A stretch of DNA of 64,000 nucleotides from Lytechinus pictus (taxonomy: Eukaryota). Below are positions 14,223-27,662 of this stretch, piece by piece. Made by a program: the position numbers and the translations under genes. The notes beneath the pieces are model-generated. The model was not told the DNA's origin. It saw nothing but the letters and a program-made list of their open reading frames with translations, and made no database searches. Numbering within the stretch: the stretch's first letter is position 1; every line of letters begins with the position of its first letter. The stretch lies in the NCBI RefSeq assembly GCF_037042905.1, contig NC_087252.1:15502001-15566000 (forward strand), read 5' to 3'.

Positions 14223-14578
14223 ATAATGATAAAAATAATATTCCGCATTTATGTAGTGCTTAACACATCGGATGGACGTCTCTAAGCGCTTTACAGATAT
14301 ATTGTTACCCCGGTCATCAGATCATTGCATGCCCGCATACAATGTATGCACCCTCTCCACTCCCTGGGGAGCATTCCAACAAGAGTTCCAAGACTCAATT
14401 GCTAGGCATACTACATATATGCTTTCGCATCCTACCGGGTACCCATTTAATACATGGGTGGAGAGTGGCAAAGTGTGGATTAACGCCTTGCCAAAGGACG
14501 CTAGGCCATGGTGGGATTCGAACACACGACCCTCTGATTACAAGGCCAGAGTCAGAACTGCCATACCACGGCGCTTCC
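14223..14578 (-). mobile_element. tRNA-derived SINE (second subfamily)
   Basis: Minus strand begins ggaagcgccgtggtatggcag..., B box GTTCGAATCCC, core ccacccatgtattaaatgggtacccgg, TTA-rich tail. Confidence 0.85.
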
Positions 14579-14634
14579 ATGATTGAAAATTATATCTGGT
14601 AATGTTTGTGATTTTTCACCTCATTTCCAAGAAA

Positions 14635-14780
14635 GCATGAATGCTCGGAAGCAAGCAACCAGATGACTAGAGGCTTAAAGTCCTCTCTGAGGGACCTGAT
14701 AATGAGGATAAATGCCACACCAAAAGATACTCATGTACCAAGTGGGAATCAAACTCGGCTTACCAGTTTGTGAAACCACC
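14635..14780 (-). mobile_element. SINE fragment with Deu/Nin-like central domain
   Basis: Minus strand ggtccctcagagaggactttaagcc...ctggttgcttgc; second copy at 36995-37095. Domain assignment is from recalled resemblance only. Confidence 0.55.
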
Positions 14781-15304
14781 GCTATACCTTTATCAATTAT
14801 CCTCCTAATAATGGACCATTAACTCAGTAAAGATTGATTATAAAGGGTCTGAAATGGTGAGACTAGTTCGAAGTGACCGCCATGTTTGATTGCACACCGA
14901 AGGAGGCCCTCGATGTCAATATGCACTGTCCAGCCAAGTGCAATGACATTTGCATAATAACGGTCACTCGGCTGTGTCCAGTTGCTCAGGGACCAATTTT
15001 CTGTTGCAAATTCTGTTTGTTTTGATTCACTGGCCGTGCATGAGTGACCTTTACTCCAGCAGATCTTCTGAGATTTTGATGATTTATGTAGAGATTTGTT
15101 GAGTAAATGTTGGTATGACCTAGCTTTATGCCTCAAAGCATATGGACCAAAATGGTTTTCAGTGATAACATAATTATGGAAAGTTTTCATGGTACATTGG
15201 ACTGTTGATAAACTTTCAAATATTGTCATTGCATATTTGCACTTTGTCATTGTGATTACACCTTTCGTCATTATTATATAAGACATCATCATATAAACTA
15301 ACAG

Positions 15305-16000
15305 GTGCTTACAGGTAGTTAGTCCTTGGTGTTAACTTATAGAAGTGCTCATGGATAGTTGGTTCTTGGTGTTAACTCATAGCATTGCTTACAGGTAGTT
15401 GGTCATTGGTGTTTTCTAATAATGTTTACAGGTAGTTGGTCCTTGGTGTTAACTTATAGAAGTGCTTACAGGTTGTTGATCCTTATAACTTATAAATGTG
15501 TTTTCAGGTAATTGGTCCTTTGTGTTAACTTGTAGAAGTGTTAACAGGTAGATGGTCTTCAGTGTCAACTTAAAGAAGTGTTTACAGGCAGTTAGTCCTT
15601 GGTGTTACTTGATTTAAGTGATCACAGGTAGTTGGTCCTTGGTGTAGAAGTGTTTACAAGTAGTTTATGCTTTGTGTTTACTTGAAGGCTTTTATCTAAT
15701 GTAGATGTGAAACTAGTTTGTTTCACTTTCCAGGGAAGGGAGTTTTCATTCAAGAATAATGGTTGCCTATTTCCATCTCATCTGTGGCCCTAGGTATTTC
15801 ATGCTAGAAGCATATACAAGTAGTTAGTTGATCCTGGGTGTCAACTGGTGAAAGTGCTAACTGGGTGTTACATGGTAGAAGTGCTTACAGGTAATGGATC
15901 TTTGGCATTCCTAGATCCTTGTATTTCCTAACACAAGTGCTAACTAGGTATTGCATAAAGTGCTTACAAGAAGGTCATGTTTGGTGTTATCTGATAGAAT
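15305..16000. repeat. 40-bp minisatellite (gtgcttacaggtagttggtccttggtgttaacttatagaa)
   Basis: Units start at 15305, 15345, ...; about 9-10 copies to ~15690, then degenerate copies to ~16000. Confidence 0.9.
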
Positions 16001-16186
16001 TGGTGCTCTGTGATCTGAGGTAGATATGAAATTAGTTTGTTTTTAATTTTTCAGGATATTTGTCCTAGGGGAAAATTTGCTGATTTTCCATCAGAAATTA
16101 CTTCTTGAGCAGAGGTTGTGAAGTATAATGTTAAAAGAATGTATATACATGTATAAAGCATTTTAAATAACAAACAGAAAGACATT

Positions 16187-16345
16187 ACACTCTGCGAAAA
16201 GGTTTGACCAACCTGTAAGTTGGTTAAAACATGAACCTACCAACTGTTTGGTAAAATGAAATTGCATGCAAACTGAATCAGGATTTTATTTTTTAACCAA
16301 CAGTATATAGGTTCATTTTCAACCAACTATTTTGGTTGTACAGCT
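16187..16345. mobile_element. MITE family C (aaccaac/gttggtt repeats)
   Basis: Similar segments at ~5993-6140, 20810-20965, 49735-49890. Confidence 0.55.
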
Positions 16346-16489
16346 CTTCATGTTTCCACAATTGCAGGAGTATTTATCAGTTGAGGAACAGAAATGAGGT
16401 ACTTGCATGCAATAATCCCTATGGTAATAGTTGATAGGTTTGTTGTTTAATAATGAAAATTAACAGTTCTTGTACAGTGAATATCACAT

Positions 16490-16964
16490 TATGATTATAA
16501 CGTCTCTATGCGCTTCCAAAGGACTTGGATATTATTACCCCGGCTTTAGCTTGGCGGCTGTAATTAATTACAATGCACGCGCACTTCAAGGAATAAATTC
16601 CTGCCAGGTACCCATTTACCTCACCTGGGCAGAGGGCAGCTCAATGTGGATCAATTTCTTGCTGAAGGAAAAACTACACCATGGCTAGGATTTGAACCCA
16701 TGGCCCTCTGTTTCTGGAGATTAATCCACACAGCAAAAACTGTGGTGGTAACCGGTGTACATAGAGGATCACACCAGCTATTTTACACCGGTGTTAAATT
16801 GACAGTGTTAGTTTAACACCCAAAGTTACTTTGACACTCATTGGTGTTATGTTCAATCTCTAGGGTGTAATTTTAACACGTCAGAGTGTGGTACTCTATT
16901 AACACCAACTGGTGTAAGTTTTAACACCACCGTTTTTACAGTGTTGCACTGGACCACAACGCTA
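16490..16964 (-). mobile_element. tRNA-derived SINE with a family A MITE (16727-16944) inserted in its tRNA head
   Basis: B box (ggatttgaaccc on +) and A box (cactggaccaca on +) are separated by a complete family A element. Confidence 0.8.
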
Positions 16965-17419
16965 CTTCAACCAACAGTTGGATTTGGTTAAAACAAAGCT
17001 GAGAGTGGCCGGGGGGGGGGGGGCAGGGTATAATGGAGTGTGAAATGGGCATTTGAGAGGATTTCTAATCAGGGGAAAGGCGATATGATTCCCTCATCAT
17101 CGGTTCCCAGTTATTCATTGCCAATCCCATCTATCCACCCCTGTCATTAGAGTAGAAGGTTATCTCCCTTGATTCTGGCTCAAATGTCAAGGATTCTAAT
17201 CTAAATGTAAAATACAGAGGCTAAAGCCGTTTCACCCAATTCAGTTGCATTGCAGAGTGATTCTAACATCAAAGTGTTTTACCTTGTGTGAGGTGATGGT
17301 AATTACAGCATGGATAGACATACATGTACCTGCTAGATAGGCTTACAGGTAACTTGATGATATAGTGCACTAAAGACATGCCCACCCCCCTCCCTCCCTG
17401 AAAAAACAACAATGTTTAT

Positions 17420-17619
17420 GGGCAATTCCATAAAATATGTACCTCCAACCCCATGTATGTGGGACCTTCATGAAATTTTCTGTCTCTGATTTCTTGTTCT
17501 TATGACAGTCTGTAATGTTCTCAAATGATCGTGACTTTGTCAGTTTATGAAGTGAAGGAAAACTTGAGAAATATGGGGGTCGGATGTACAAAAAGGTTAA
17601 TTATTTTACGGAATTGCCC
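17420..17619. mobile_element. ~200-bp MITE (gggcaattcc-TIR family), copy 2
   Basis: TIR gggcaattccataaaat / attttacggaattgccc. Confidence 0.8.
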
Positions 17620-19845
17620 TTATGTATCTTTTGAAACATTATGTATGTATTGAAGAGGTGTTTTATCATTTGACCCAAGGGGAAAATAATTACAAAAAAT
17701 CTTTCTGGGACTAGTTATTGGAGCTACTTACTGATTTCACAAGCAAAAATTTGCTACATTACAAATTACATCGGGGATTTCAAGTGCTCTCCTATAGTTA
17801 TCCAAGACTCTTTTTTTTTTTGGGGGGGGGGCAAGTTCATTGTGGTGTAATTTTTGCACCTGGACTATTGCCTGATGAATGCTTTTTCCAAGCACCTTCA
17901 AAATCATGGGACTACTCGACTCTTGATCTTCTGTGTAAGAACTGCAAGAAATGTCTGTTTTATTTCTGAAATTTATTACGATGGTTTAGGGTGCCACAGT
18001 TGATAAGCAGCGATCGCTGTGTTCTCCCCTTTTAGCAAAGAGGTAATTTTCTCCCAAATTTGTTCACCATTAATAATGTTTTTGTATAATTTGTTATAGT
18101 AATCAAAACTTTTCAGCTTTACCTTCAACTTCAAGCTGTTGCCATTGTTTGATGCATAATTCATTAAATCTATGAGTTTAGAGGTCCCCATAGTGCATTT
18201 TCTATCTTAACATTATAATTGAAGAGGGGGTGATCTTCTGTACTTCGCTGAAGAGCATTAAGATCATTCCTTTGAACGTTCATTTCTTACCAAAAGTTGT
18301 GTTTACATTCTTGTACAAGAGGAATCAATTCAAATCTTTTTTATAGTGAGGAAATCTTATCGAGATACTTGATGTATTCAATAAATTTTATTCCCATCTC
18401 TGAGGACTTCCTTCAGGAAAGTGATTTGATAAGAATTTTTCTTTTCAAGAGAGGAAGGGAATGGGATGAAAACATGGCCTGGATTTCAGACGACTTCCTG
18501 TCAGGTTTGCTTGCTATGACGACTGTTTTCTCTGGAGGATCGTAAGTGGACTAAAGTAAAACATAGAGTGGTTGGCAAAGTATTTACTGAACTACGTGGC
18601 TTGTTTCCTCGTTGGCATTCAGAACCCATTCCGTCGAACAAACTTCCAAGGAGTTGACTGGGGGGTGAGCCAAGGAGAGCTGCGGCGTAACAATCACCAA
18701 ATAAACAGGATCCGTTGCTTCGTGAGCAAATACCGGCGTGCAGGTATTGCGGTCAGCTTCGGCGAGTATTTGATTAAGCGCCGATTAATGTCGTAGATGA
18801 TGGTTTAAGCAAACGTAAGAGAGCATGGGAGAGAGGGGGATGAAGAAAAGGGATGACTTTATGGAAGGACGGAGGAGAATGGGCGAGTGCATGGAGTCTT
18901 TGATGAAGAGAAAACAGGTAATGGATTGATAAGAGGTATATCAACAAACTCTTGAGAACCTTAACATTTGAAATTGGCCAATTATTATATTGAGATTAGA
19001 TAGCTAGCATCTTGTATCTTTTGTACTAGCTGCTTAGTATAAAATGAGTTTGATCTCTTGGGTTGCTGATGTGTATGTTTGTACTCTTTATAGTGTATAC
19101 TTAGTTGGTTTACTTACTCTATAAGGAATACATGCAAGAGAAAAAAGTCAAGATTACTGAGAATGATTATCTTGAACTTTCTCCGGAATGTTGGTAGTTT
19201 TCAATGGGAATCAGGTTGTTTAAGTGCATGTGAAAATGAAAGGAGTTGTGGGAAAAAACATAAAGAATATTCTCTTTTTTCTGTGTGTATATGTTTGTTG
19301 AGAAAGAGTGAAATATGGAAAAATAGAGTTCTTTACTAATTCTGCATTAGTGGTTCCAAGATATTTGCTCCTGCACAATTACTAAAAATACACACATTAA
19401 GCCAAAAAATAAAACTGAGCTTCAGACCCTAACTTAATCTTAATCCTAATCCTAATCCTCATATGATTTCTGAACCAAAAACCCTCATTCCTTTCCCTCT
19501 CCTTATATATCTTCTGAGAAATTAGCAGAGGAGCAATTGTCTTGCGAGCAAAGGTCTTGTTCCCCTTGCTTTATATAATGCAGGCTTTTATTCTGTCTAT
19601 CATAAAAGTATCCCTTATATCTCAAGATAGACATGATGGAGGATATAAATCCAATTAGAGATTGAATTATTCCCTGAACTCTGATAAATTGCACTAGTTT
19701 GTGAAAGCCAGAGAGGCGATACACCCACAAATCAGCATTGTTTGCTAGACTTAATGAGAGCAAACATGCGGATGAATTTATTGAGACTTATCCCTGAATC
19801 CTCCCTGGTGTGCAATATATAAAAGGGTCTATTGGAGTTGTTGGA

Positions 19846-19975
19846 CAGGGGCCGCGGAACCCGGGAGGGAGCCCCCCACTTTTTTTCCAAAATCGTGTAC
19901 AATTGAAAATGACCATCTGATTTTGATTTTTGCATGGTCAGCCCCCCCCCTTTCAAATTCATTCCACGGCCCCTG
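19846..19975. mobile_element. 130-bp MITE, CAGGGG termini (hAT-like)
   Basis: TIR caggggccgcggaa / ttccacggcccctg; ttgga directly flanks both ends. Confidence 0.75.
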
Positions 19976-20195
19976 TTGGAGTTGGGGAAAAGTAAGAGAG
20001 AAATTGAGAGGGGTGTAGTAAGTGAGAGAGAGAGCGAATGTATGAGAAACAGAAGAGAGAAAGACAAAAGAAAGATGGAGTGAGAGAGAGAGATAAAGAG
20101 AGTGAGGGATAGAATGTGTGTGTGGATTTGTGCATGTGTATGATAGAGAGGGGGAGATAAAGAGAACAAGAAAAGAGTTTGTGGGGTGTGCTTAA

Positions 20196-20789
20196 AGGGG
20201 AATCCAACCCAAATAAAAACTTGTTTTTATAAGGAAAAGAAAAATCAGACAAGTTGATAGGTGAAAGTTTGAACAATTCTGGACAAACAACAAGAAAGTT
20301 ATGAATTTTTAAAATTTGTTAATATTGGTGATCACTATACCCATGGAGACTTCAAATTGGCCGCATATGGGTTTCATAGTGATGTAAGGCACGGACTACC
20401 CTTCCATGTACTCCAATACATAAAATGGCTTAAATGTCATTTTTCCCAAAAGTTTTATTTCAAATTATATTTTTCTTTCATGAGGACATACAACAATATA
20501 CTACCTGGGTTATATTTAGATTACTGCCCCAGGGGAATGGGTACCTAGGAGAAAACCACAAATCCCTGATAATAAAGTACATGGCCTATGGGAAAGTTGT
20601 CCTTGCCCCTTGTCATAATTTACTTACGCAGTTGCCAATTTGAAATCTACATAGTATTAGTGATCTCAATTTTAAAGCAGCTATAACTTTCTTATTGCTT
20701 GTCCGATTTCTTTCAAACTTTCACCATTCTGTTTAATTTATTTTTCTCCTTCCCAACACAACATTTTATGGCCAAGGCTGGATTCCCCT
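20196..20789. mobile_element. Non-autonomous TTAA-target DNA transposon (Kolobok-like)
   Basis: TTAA at 20192-20195 and 20790-20793; TIR aggggaatccaacc / ggctggattcccct (13/14 match). Confidence 0.85.
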
Positions 20790-21299
20790 TTAACGTGTTT
20801 ATGCATGTGCGCACTCAACTTTTTAACCATCCCCAAAACAGCCAACTGTTGGTTAAAACAATCCCAAGTCATTTTTGCTTGTAATTTTGTTTAACCAACA
20901 TATGGTTTGTTCATATTTGAACCAACTTATAAATGAAAGTAGGTTAACAATATTTCTGATAGTGTGTGTGTGTAGAGATAGATTGAGAGAGGGGGAATGG
21001 GAGGGAGCGTTTGGGGCATTTAGGGAGGAAGAAACTTCCAAACCCTTTATATGCAGTATACACCTGTATCATACAGTATGGTTATAAAATGAGCCCGAGT
21101 ATCGAGTAGCGTAGGGTTGAAGTATCTCAATCCGGACACGTCAGTCAGTAGTACCTTCATAATTGAAGTCTGAGAGTATAGAGGGGGGATCCTCCACGCA
21201 ATCCAATTAGCATTATTCCTCATCTCGTCTTAAGCTTAAATCACAGCCGTTCGAGATCTAGTCTCTGAGATTCCTTGGACGATCCTCTATTGGATGATC

Positions 21300-21441
21300 G
21301 GAGGGGGTTTCTCATGAGAAGTTTTGTGAGTGATTTCTACCGACTCACTTGCTCTCAGCCAATCAGAGGCAAGGATTTCAGTAGCTTATAACAGTTTTCA
21401 GTGAAGCACACTGGCTATGTGTTTCATGGAAAGCCCCCCAG
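21300..21441. mobile_element. Short MITE with internal ctcagccaatcaga motif
   Basis: Inverted ends gggggtttctcatga / tcatggaaagccccc; body shared with ~28150-28285. Confidence 0.65.
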
Positions 21442-21734
21442 AACTTCGGCTGTCACCTCATCTCTTTCAAATTTCCTGCTCACTTGAGAGAAGGGGGCTC
21501 GCTGATGCACCCTCTTACCCTCATTGCTCATATAATACCTATCTCTTCATTTTTTCTTGCAGATGTCCTGGTAATGAGGTTGCTGTCACTTTGACTAGTC
21601 TTTGTTGCCATATTCAGCTTTAATAGGAAACTAGCCGAAAGTCTATGACGTGTCTTTTTTACAGGAATCCTGCTAATAGTGCTATGTGTCTTTTCATAGA
21701 GCCTTTCCCCTCATTCCTTTTATTTTGTGTATAC

Positions 21735-21971
21735 AGGCCTGGTCCCACTGGCCGACGGACACAAAACGTTTTAATAACGGATACAGCGGACAAGCAAAAT
21801 TTCCATCCGATTTCATCCGCTCAAGACAATGGACAATTGGGCGAACAATGAAATCACAGTGGACGGATGCTCGATGGATTTAGAGCATATGAAACACAAC
21901 TGATACATATGGCAAGATTCTTTTCCGTTTTACATCCTCTCTGCATCCGTAAGTGCAGTGGGACCGGGCCT
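21735..21971. mobile_element. MITE, PIF/Harbinger-like
   Basis: TIR aggcctggtcccactg / cagtgggaccgggcct; flanks tac / taa. Confidence 0.75.
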
Positions 21972-22026
21972 TAATGAATTGAGAGGATTGGCACTGAAAA
22001 GCTGCGTGCAGGATTCCTGTAGAATC

Positions 22027-22405
22027 ATTCTGCATTGAAAAATCCAAGTATGAACACACCCAATGAATCTTATTACAGATTTATGTGTTTTGAAATACCC
22101 GAGTTGAAAAACAATGCAAGTTCGAACACACCCTACGGATCCTTATCAGATTACAGATGAACGTGGATTTTGAAATACTCATTTCGCATTGAAAAATAAT
22201 CCAAGCATGAACACACCCCACATATCCTTATCAAATTGATTGACATTAAAATTCTGCATTGAAAAAGAAAAAAAGTATGAACACATGCACAAATCCTAAT
22301 CAAATTACATATATATGTGTGTTTTGAAATACTGGTTCTGCATTTCAAAATCCCAAGTTTGAACACACCCTACATTGCAAATCCCTATCAAATTACAGAT
22401 CACAT
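22027..22405. repeat. Diverged minisatellite (~65-80-bp unit)
   Basis: caag(t/c)atgaacacaccc...cttatca..ttacagat recurs about 5 times. Confidence 0.8.
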
Positions 22406-22654
22406 GGGATGAACGCTCCTCCCCTTTCATCCAGTAAGTCCATTACATGTAATTTTATCTCGCGGAATCGGAGATGTCATCTATGCTAATTAAGGCTTGT
22501 CATTAATAGACTTTTCACAACTTTCCCTCTCAAGGTTATAGGTTAGTAATCACATGGATTTACCCCCAGCTTTTTAGGAAAGGTTTTTGTTGCTTCGATC
22601 TTTGTCCCGACCTTTAACATACATTACTGGAATGCTTCATTTCGCCCCTGTGTC

Positions 22655-23290
22655 ATTAATGGAGAGATCTTTTAGTCTTTGATTTTTATTCTGTTCTTGT
22701 TGCACTCTAAATGGTATTTGAATTACCCCTGTCAATAAGGAAGTCTTTGATTTTTTAATTCTTTTCTGGCTGCATGCTATACGATCTTTGATTTCTCCCA
22801 CCCTTTCAATAATTACAAGATCCTTTGTAAGTCTTTGATTTTTCATTCTTCCCCCTTTCAATAATAAAAAGAGATCCTCTGTAAGTCTGATTCTTTTCAA
22901 ATTCTTTTCTGACTGTGTGCTATACGATCTTTGATTTCCCCCACTTTTTCAATAATGAAGAGATATCCTTTGCAAGTCTTTGATTTTTTATTATTTTCTT
23001 GCTGTGTGCTAGACGATCTGTGAATTCCCTCTTTTAATAATGAAGAGATCTTTGTAAGTCTGATTTTTTTATTCTTTTCTGGCTGCATGCTATACAATCT
23101 TTGATTTCCCTCACCCTTTCAATAATGAAGAGATCCTTTGTATCTTTATTTTCTTTGTTATTTTCTGGCTGTGTGCTTTACGATCTTTGAATTATCAACC
23201 CCTTCCCTCTATCAATGATAAAAATGTATTTTGTTATTCTTCATTTTTTGTGTCTGGCTGCAATGCTACATGGTCTTTAAATTACCCCCC
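22655..23290. repeat. Diverged minisatellite (~80-bp unit)
   Basis: gagatc..tgtaagtctttgattttt..ttctggctgcatgctatacgatctttga recurs about 7 times. Confidence 0.85.
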
Positions 23291-23952
23291 TACCCCTGAT
23301 AAAAAACGTATTTGTAAAATTGTTAACATTTCATTATTCAGTCTCTTGTTTTTCTTTATCTTTAAATTATCGCCCCAGGAAAAAAATATGTGTATTTATT
23401 GATCATCTATTCATTCATTTATTATTATTATTATGAATTTTTTTTTTGGGGGGGTTCTTTATTGCTCTTCTTTGTAAACCATATTTGAAAAAAAGACATT
23501 CTTTTAAGATTAGAGAAACTGATAAAGGGCAGCAGACAGCCTCACAAGAAGGATATGCGTTCAGAATAGAGTTGTTGAACGTTCAACCTCATATCGTACC
23601 TGTGTGCTTGGTATACCCTTGGGGGAAGAAAACCTCGCGACGCGATCGCTGGTGCAAACAAGCCCCGTCTATTCACGGTGCACGTTGTATTTTGGTTCGA
23701 CGGTGCGAAGAAAGGGAATCGCAAATGAAAAGAAGTTTCTTGGAGTGGAGGAGACGATGCGGGGGAAAGAAATGCGATATGCGGAATATGAAAGAGAGTT
23801 GAAAAATAGAGATTGGAATAGAGAATAGGGGGAAATAGATGCATGTTAGATATGAAACGGAGAGTTTGAATAACAGACTGAATATTTCCAGACGGGAGAA
23901 TGAATGTCAAGGCAAAATGACAGTTGTATGTGAGTGAATGAGTGGAGCTTAA

Positions 23953-24437
23953 AGGGATGGTCCGGGCTGAAAATATTTATATCTTAATACATAGAGTCGA
24001 ATTCACTGAGCAAAATGCCGAAAATTTCATCAAAATCGGATAACAAATAATAAAGTTATTGAAGTTTAAAGTTTAGCAATATTTTGTGAAAACAGTCATC
24101 ATGAATATTCATTAGGTGGGCTGATGAAGTCACATCCCCACTTTCCGTTTTCTTATGTAATTACATGAAATCATATTTTTTTCATTATTTCATACTTGTG
24201 TGAATAATATGTCTCCCTTGTAATGAAATATGATGCAGCAATAAATATCTAATGCACTAAACCAGTTGTCAATCCAATTTTTCTAGTTCTTGGAAGAAAA
24301 AAATTGAATAAACCTAATTTCATGTAATAAAATACAAAAGAACAAGTGGGGATGTGACATCATCAGCCCACCTAATGAATATTCATGACGACTGTTTTCA
24401 CAAAATATTGCTAAACTTTGAAATTCAATAACTTTTA
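23953..24437. mobile_element. TTAA-target element with ~95-bp internal inverted repeat, right end missing
   Basis: Starts ttaa|agggatggtccgggctg; 24048-24143 is the reverse complement of 24344-24437. Confidence 0.8.
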
Positions 24438-24794
24438 ATTTCAATTTAGATGTGAGACGTATTCTGTAATTTTATTGCCATTGATAAATAGAAATGTATT
24501 TGTATGACTTGTATAATGTGTACGTTTATATTGTAATATGAAATTCTATCATGATAGGGTTCACAATTCTACAGCTAGCATGGAAGTACTTTTCCTTTTG
24601 TGGACCCTGACCTACAAGCCACTCACACTCACGCCTGTCATACAGGGGGGAGGGGTAAGGAAATTGCCCTTTTAAAAAGAAGCAGATTTGAAGAAAAAAA
24701 GTAATTTATACCAGTGTGTTAGTTGCACCTCCATCATATTTATAATGCATTCTGGAAGGTGTGTGAGGACGAGAAAGAGTGGGGGGGGGGGGGG

Positions 24795-25010
24795 GAGAAA
24801 GAGTGAAAGAAAGAGGTGACTTCTAATGAGAAAGTTTGCACCTCCATGGATTGAGGCAATCAAGAAAGTGAAAGAGAGAGAGAGAGAGAGAGAATGAAAA
24901 AGGGGAGGGGGTTGAGAAAGAGTAAAAGAAAGAGGTGACTTCTAATGAGAAAGTTTGCACCTCCATGGATTGAGGCAAGTGAAGTGAAAGAGAGAGAGAG
25001 AGAGAGAAGT
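24795..25010 (+). repeat. ~119-bp tandem duplication bounded by G/GA runs
   Basis: gaaagaggtgacttctaatgagaaagtttgcacctccatggattgaggcaa present twice. Confidence 0.9.
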
Positions 25011-25397
25011 GGGGTGGCGGAGGGGGAGGGGGAGGGGGAAAATTGAGTGAGAGTTAGAGAAAGAGGAGGGGGGGGGGCAAATTAAGGAAGTTCGGGTCAG
25101 GGGAATTGAGCATTCTGTTTTGTGTTAAAACTGAAGGCTAGGTGCCATTTACGTCTGTTTGGAAAGCTCTATGGAACGGCTGACGGCTGGTATATAAAAC
25201 AAGAAGAATAAAAGATATGATAGAGGGAGGGAGAGAAGAGAGATATGAAGGAGAGTTGATGCTACATAGATAATGGTAGATAGATAGAATGATGGAAAGA
25301 TAGACAGATAAATAGATATATATAGATAGAGAGAGATAGATAAATAGAGTGAGAGAGAGAGGGTTAGGTAGATAGATAGATAGGTAGGTAGTTAGAT

Positions 25398-25435
<38 letters not shown>

Positions 25436-27662
25436 GATAGAAAGAGAGAGAGAGTGGGGCATGTGTGTAAATTGCATTCAAATATCTTAAACTGCTTGCA
25501 AAAACACTACTATGACATTAAAAATACATTTTGAAACCTTTTAGATTTTTTTTTTAATTAAAATATATTGTACATTGTATTTTCAGTGTGAAGAATATGG
25601 ATAATTTCCCAAATAAATAAATCCATAATCCTTGGTTTTACTGGCAAATTGAGCTGATAGCATCTAAGTAAAAACGTAATTTGAAGAACAAATCTAATCT
25701 GAGATAATCCGAGAGTGCTACTTCAACGAGAATGAGTGTTGAGGCGAAACACTTGGATTATTTTCAGTTTTGCCGGCTTCCTGTAATGACAGATTTATTT
25801 TTAGGACAATCCAGAAAGTAACAACTATGTTGAAGAATCTGTGTACTGGAAACTTCTTTTCAAATTTCACGTTGCCATGGCGACGTGCAACACGAATCTA
25901 TCCAGTGTGAGCTTGTATGGTATCGTGTTCCACTTACAATTTGCCAGAAATCAAATTTAGCGCCGCTGCAGTCAGGACACTTGGGAAATATCAATTCTAT
26001 TCCAAATGATTTGATTTTGATGGGTTGCTGCTCGTCAACAAGGTTGCTAGTTTTTCCAAACTGTGTTTGCAATTTTGTTTGAAAGCAATTTGTTTATGTT
26101 CACCATCATCTTTAATACAAATGTAGTGTGGTATAGAAATGTATAGTTTAAGTGTTAGCAAGTCAATACAAATGATATTTTGGTTTTGAGCATAATACTA
26201 TTGTGGTTGTTTAATTCAGCATCTTAATTTAATATATTTTTCTTTGTCATATCTCTTTATATTGAGACACACATATAAATATATAGAAAGCAGTGATACA
26301 AAGAAGTGAATAAACTATTAGAACTGTTTGTCTTTTAAAGCTAAAAAGTATTTATTTGTTGAGTTGAACTAAAGTTTATTTATTTTTTCATATCTGAGAT
26401 AGGACTATTTCAGCTTGTAATTTACTTTGAAATTTGATAATTTAAGCCAGATATTATTGAAAATCTAATAAAAAAGTTAGCAATAATAATGAAATACAGA
26501 ACTTCTATTGGTCTCTTTTTGTTCTGTTCATTTTTTCTGCTATAATGTTTTTTAAAAACAGGTTTCAAAAGTTTTTTTAGTCTTTCTTCATTCTGTTGTA
26601 TTTTTTTCTGGTATGATTTTTATTTAAAAAGCCAGGTTCCAAAAGTTTCTATTATAAAAAAAACCAGATGTATTAAGTAATTTAGTATGAGGTAAAAGGT
26701 TTACAAACAATGGCATACCAGAAAGCAGCATGTGTAAACATCTTCACTCATGAATATTCATACCCCGGAGGTATCTCAATTGCCGCACACTTTATCAATC
26801 TTTCTTTACTTAGTCCAATCTCCGACAAGTTTCTCTTTTTTTAAGTTCATTCTTTATTCTTTATGTGTTTTCTATTTGTTGGATAATGTGTTAACTGCCA
26901 GAGTGTGGTCCCACATACTAGCTTTTCTGATGGATAGGTTCTAATTTGATAGGCGAGGTTTATTCCCTCAAAGGGAATTACGAAAGGAGATAATTTCCTT
27001 CTCAAACTGATGAAAACCCGAAAAGGAGCTTTGCAAATGTTAGAGAGAACAGAAGAGATCACACTGTCATCACTCAAAGTTATTTTGAAAAGTCTTGTTT
27101 TTCTTCTATCTTATGGAGGCAGGGATATTGTGTGAAATGACCGTGTTTACTTGTGTTCTTGCATTATAAACAAATATACTTGAGAGCAAAAGAGAGAAAG
27201 AGAGAGAGAGGAAGTGGAAGAGAGTGATAGGGAGGGGAGTAGAGAAAGAAAGATAGCGAAATAAAAAAGAAAAAGAGTGATGAATGGGAAGATGGGTAAA
27301 AGAACATAAAATAAAATGATGACAAATTATTAGCATAGCTTGAAAAGTGCTTTACACAGAAGAAAATGCTTTATATTAACAACTTGGAATACTACTTGCA
27401 CTGATGAATTAAAAAAAAAATCAAATTGAGTTTTAAACAGCAATGTTCAATTTTAGGGGTATTTGATGACATATCAGATATTATTCTCGATGCTGTTCCT
27501 CCGAGATCCCGTTTTCATCCACGCACTGTGCTTCGCCCACTGATCACATGATCCCCAAATTTACCCCTCACTAGAAGTTAAGGACGGCTCAATCTGTTGG
27601 TGAGGCGCAGTGTGCGAAGAAATACAGAATCTCAAAGGGATAGCATCTGGACTAGTCAGAGA

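Noticed and set aside
14819..15292. 157-aa minus-strand ORF
   Set aside because: No recognisable domain or splice context
15305..15690. CRISPR-like array (also 30337-30742, 44252-44513)
   Set aside because: Head-to-tail repeats without unique spacers; eukaryotic context, no cas genes
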